From Ministeria vibrans ATCC 50519 (Eukaryota > Protista > Filasterea): a stretch of 60,283 bases of DNA. The stretch lies in the NCBI GenBank assembly GCA_943704425.1, contig CALSCP010000470.1, forward strand, positions 3,178 to 63,460. Direction: 5' to 3'. Below are positions 57,380-60,283 of the stretch, one piece after another. Made by a program: the position numbers and the translations under genes. Numbering within the stretch: position 1 is the stretch's first letter; every line of letters starts with the position of its first letter. The notes beneath the pieces were generated by a model. The model saw only the letters and a program-made list of their open reading frames with translations, was not told the DNA's origin and did no database searches.

Positions 57380-60283
57380 ACTACTTTGGATGGTTAGATG
57401 ATCTTGTACAATGAAGCTTTTATCCCAGCCTACGCTCGAAAAGATGCAGTGGCGGCTGCGAGACAGTGCCTGGAGGCGGCGTATGAGCATTACAGGGAGT
57501 GGCAGCGGCGTCAGTAGGCTGCTGCCTGATCCTGGTGTTTGTTTTTATTTTATTTTTCCCATGTTACCTTTTTCTTTCTTTTCTTTCTTTCTCTCCTTTT
57601 CCCCTTTTTGCATTTTCCTTCTTCCCTTTTTCTTCTCCTTTTTCATGCGAGATGCTTAGTTTAAAATCAGGAGGCGTTTTCAGCTGCTGAGCGGTTTACT
57701 TGCTTGGGTGAATGCTTTGCATGCAAGTCTCTCGGAATGTCCGCTTCGGCCCATGCGGGGGTGAAGCAGCCGCTTCGGATGGCTAGATTGTCTTGTACAA
57801 TGAAGCTTTTGCCCTAGGACTTCCAAAAAAAAACAATGAAGCTTTTGCCCGAGAGGGACTTCCAAAAAAACAAGAGACTGGCGGCTCGCGCGTGTCACTC
57901 GGCGGGAAATCCCTCTTAAGCGCCCTTCACCGCCTCTTTAATCGTCTTCTTCAGCCTCTTTCGCAGACCTCTCGGGCAAAACTGCGTGACTTCCGTCCCA
58001 CGGTAGCCCGCGGTCAGTCGCACTGCCGATTGAGCACTGATTGTCCTCACCAGTTCGTCTCTGTCCATCTCGTCCATGCGCCAACTTTCAATTTCCCCTA
58101 CTACCCGCTTCAAGACTCTTTCAGCACAGGATTCATCCTCACCGTCAAGTCCCTTACAGCTAAGTAGGTACCCTGTCGTCTCCACCCAGGTCCTCATCGC
58201 ATCTCGTGCACAATTTGCCGGTGTCGTCCTCTGCATCTGTCGTCGAGCCATAGCCCCTCCTCATGTTCACTTCCTTGCCCTTGAGTAGTCCCGAAAACGT
58301 GGGACCACGCCTCTTTTTTTTTTTTGGAAGTCCTGGGGCAAAAGCTTCACTTTTCAACTAGGGGGTGCGCAGAGTAGGTGACCTGATAGATCATGCCAGG
58401 ATTTACAGGAAGGTGAAATCTCTCTCTCTCTCTCTCTTACACTCTCACACCCCTCACACTCTCTCAGTTGTTGTCGTTGGTCGGAGCATCATTGCCCGCC
58501 TTCCCATTCTTTTTGACATGGTTCTGGAATGTCCGGAATGTCCACTTCGGCTCATACGGGAGTAAAGCAGCCGCTTCGGATGGCTAGATTGTCTTGTGCA
58601 ATGAAGCTTTTGCCCTAGAACTTCCAAAAAAAAAAGGTTCTAGTACCACTCTTGAGCGTCCTTTACCGCCTCCTTCGCCGTTTTCTTCAGCCTATTTTGC
58701 AGACCCCTCCCTCGGACACAGCGTTTTGACTCCCAGCCGGTGGTCAGTCTCACTGCCGATTGAGCACTGATTGCCATCACCAGTTCGTCTCTGTCCATCT
58801 CGTCCATATTTTATTCTCTCTATTTGTCTTTCTCTACTGTCTTCTCTCACTCGTTGGACACATTCCAAAAAAGAGCAGTCCGCCATTCCCAAGAAAAAAA
58901 TGCAGTTAAGCTGTTCACGTACATCAAATTTGTCCGTTTTCGCGCTACATTGATTAAATTAAAATAATGATTGTGGTATTTCGCCTGATGTTGTGTACTG
59001 TGTACATACTACCCCTGTAATTGTACATATCGCGAAATCAATTACACAGAATAAGTGTGACGTATAATTAAGCTGTGTTTAGTTATCGACATGATGTCGA
59101 CAGATTCAGCCCCCCTCCCTGGCCTCACTGTGACGGGCCCGACCCCACATTCTTCTGTTGCATCGGCATACTTTATAAAACGTCCGGTTTTTAATAAAAA
59201 TATTTAAAAATATTGTTGGCTTGTGTCACCTTATTACAAAAGCCGTCTCAAAAACTTAATCGTCCCGCTTTTGATTCCTGATTTTTATTTTTATTTCGAT
59301 TTTTTTTTGGGGACTTAGAAAGCTGCTACGCTTCCCCCCGATTGCTGACGCGCAAAAGATTGCAAGGAATGCGTTTGCAAGACGTGCGCTCTCCTTTTTA
59401 CCTGGAATCTCTATAAACTTCACCCAGAGGGAATCTCTATAAACTTCACCAGAGGGAATCTCCTTTTTACCGTGCGGCGATGCATGAGTATGCTCCTACT
59501 TCCAGTTAGCAGTCCTTTTCATTCTTTCGAGCCCTGAGAGCGGGGTTTCGAGGCTTGAAGTTGAGGGGCTCCCGCCGGCGTGCGGTAGTGCAGGGAGAGC
59601 GAGGCGGGGGTACCGACCCTCTTCTTTCGGGAAGAAAAACGACATCGTGTACGTCGGGGCGGCGAGTCCCTGCCGAAAGGACCCCAGTAGGGTATGTCTG
59701 TCGCTGGACGGATTGCCCTAGTTGCGATGAAGGGAGTGGACACCGTCGCAGCTTTGGGGGCGACTTGGAGAGACTTCTTGAGAGGTTTTTCTGATAAGGG
59801 TTTTACGACCCGAGGAAGTGCGAACGAGATGGGCGGCAGGAATGTCGCCGATGACAGTGTCGATGGGCACGTCGTGAGCGAAGAGACGGGGCTCCTAGAG
59901 CTCCGGAAAAGCGATCTGCGTTTTTTCACGAAGAAAATTCGCGAAGAGTCCGTGAAGAGTCCGTGAGAAAGTTGCGGAGCTCGTCGTCTGCGGGCGGCGG
60001 GAAGAGTGGCGAGTGGCGTACTACTAGTGTGCTAGTGATGGAGATGAGACTTGCGAAGGAGAGAAGGGGGACGGAGACGTTCCGAAAGGAGAGAAGGAAG
60101 ATCCAGTTCGCACTTACTCCATTTACCACCTGTTCTTTCCCATATTTATCTTCCCTCCGCCAATTACCTGTCCCACTTTATCCTTTCCTTTTCACGTGCG
60201 TGAATTTTTAGTTAAAATCAGGAGGCGTCTCCAGCTGCGGCTGTTCACTTGCTTGGGTGAACGGCTCTGTATGCAAGTCTCTC
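57380..60283. repeat. Degenerate interspersed repeat region (direct and inverted copies)
   Basis: GGATGG(C/T)TAGAT..TCTTGT(A/G)CAATGAAGCTTTT at ~57388, ~57777 and ~58578. 57915-58078 resembles 58655-58808. 57661-57733 resembles 60212-60283. An inverted copy of TGAAGCTTTTGCCC.AGGACTTCCAAAAA lies at ~58315-58349. A 25-26-bp tandem lies at 59404-59461. Confidence 0.8.

Noticed and set aside
59519-60211. Short ORFs in the terminal repeat zone
   Set aside because: No recognisable motifs, conflicting overlapping frames and interruptions, so I cannot support them as genes.

Overview
Gene-dense, intron-containing nuclear DNA from a unicellular eukaryote. Introns are GT-AG and packed with (AG)n/(CT)n/(GT)n microsatellites, and there are four small N gaps. 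Positions 1-50,800 hold about 16 host genes: SHOC2-like LRR, a GH99-like/beta-propeller glycosidase fusion, a degenerate giant septin, two bZIP factors, a CH-DH-PH RhoGEF, a kelch/EGF receptor kinase, EXOC5/Sec10, SLC12A8-like, AS3MT, F-box/ankyrin, EGF-BspA(DUF285), DNA2, a PX-BAR sorting nexin, an MFS transporter and one hypothetical gene. The standout feature is a 5,830-bp element at 51,177-57,006 with ~125-bp terminal inverted repeats (first 74 bp perfect) and an exact 6-bp target-site duplication (TTCGTT). The assembly appears to retain a trace of the empty allele next to it. I found no recognisable transposase, integrase core, polymerase or major capsid protein in it. It carries (i) a compact, intronless, virus-like cassette whose genes sit behind a shared TCTA-core upstream motif, (ii) an intron-containing host-style gene broken by TGA-TGA, (iii) a degenerate ~150-bp repeat array and (iv) an intact OTT_1508-like Zn-dependent deaminase. 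My inference is a non-autonomous Polinton/virophage-associated satellite carrying a deaminase cargo. The last 3.3 kb is degenerate repeat sequence. All family assignments come from motif recognition by eye; no database searches were run.
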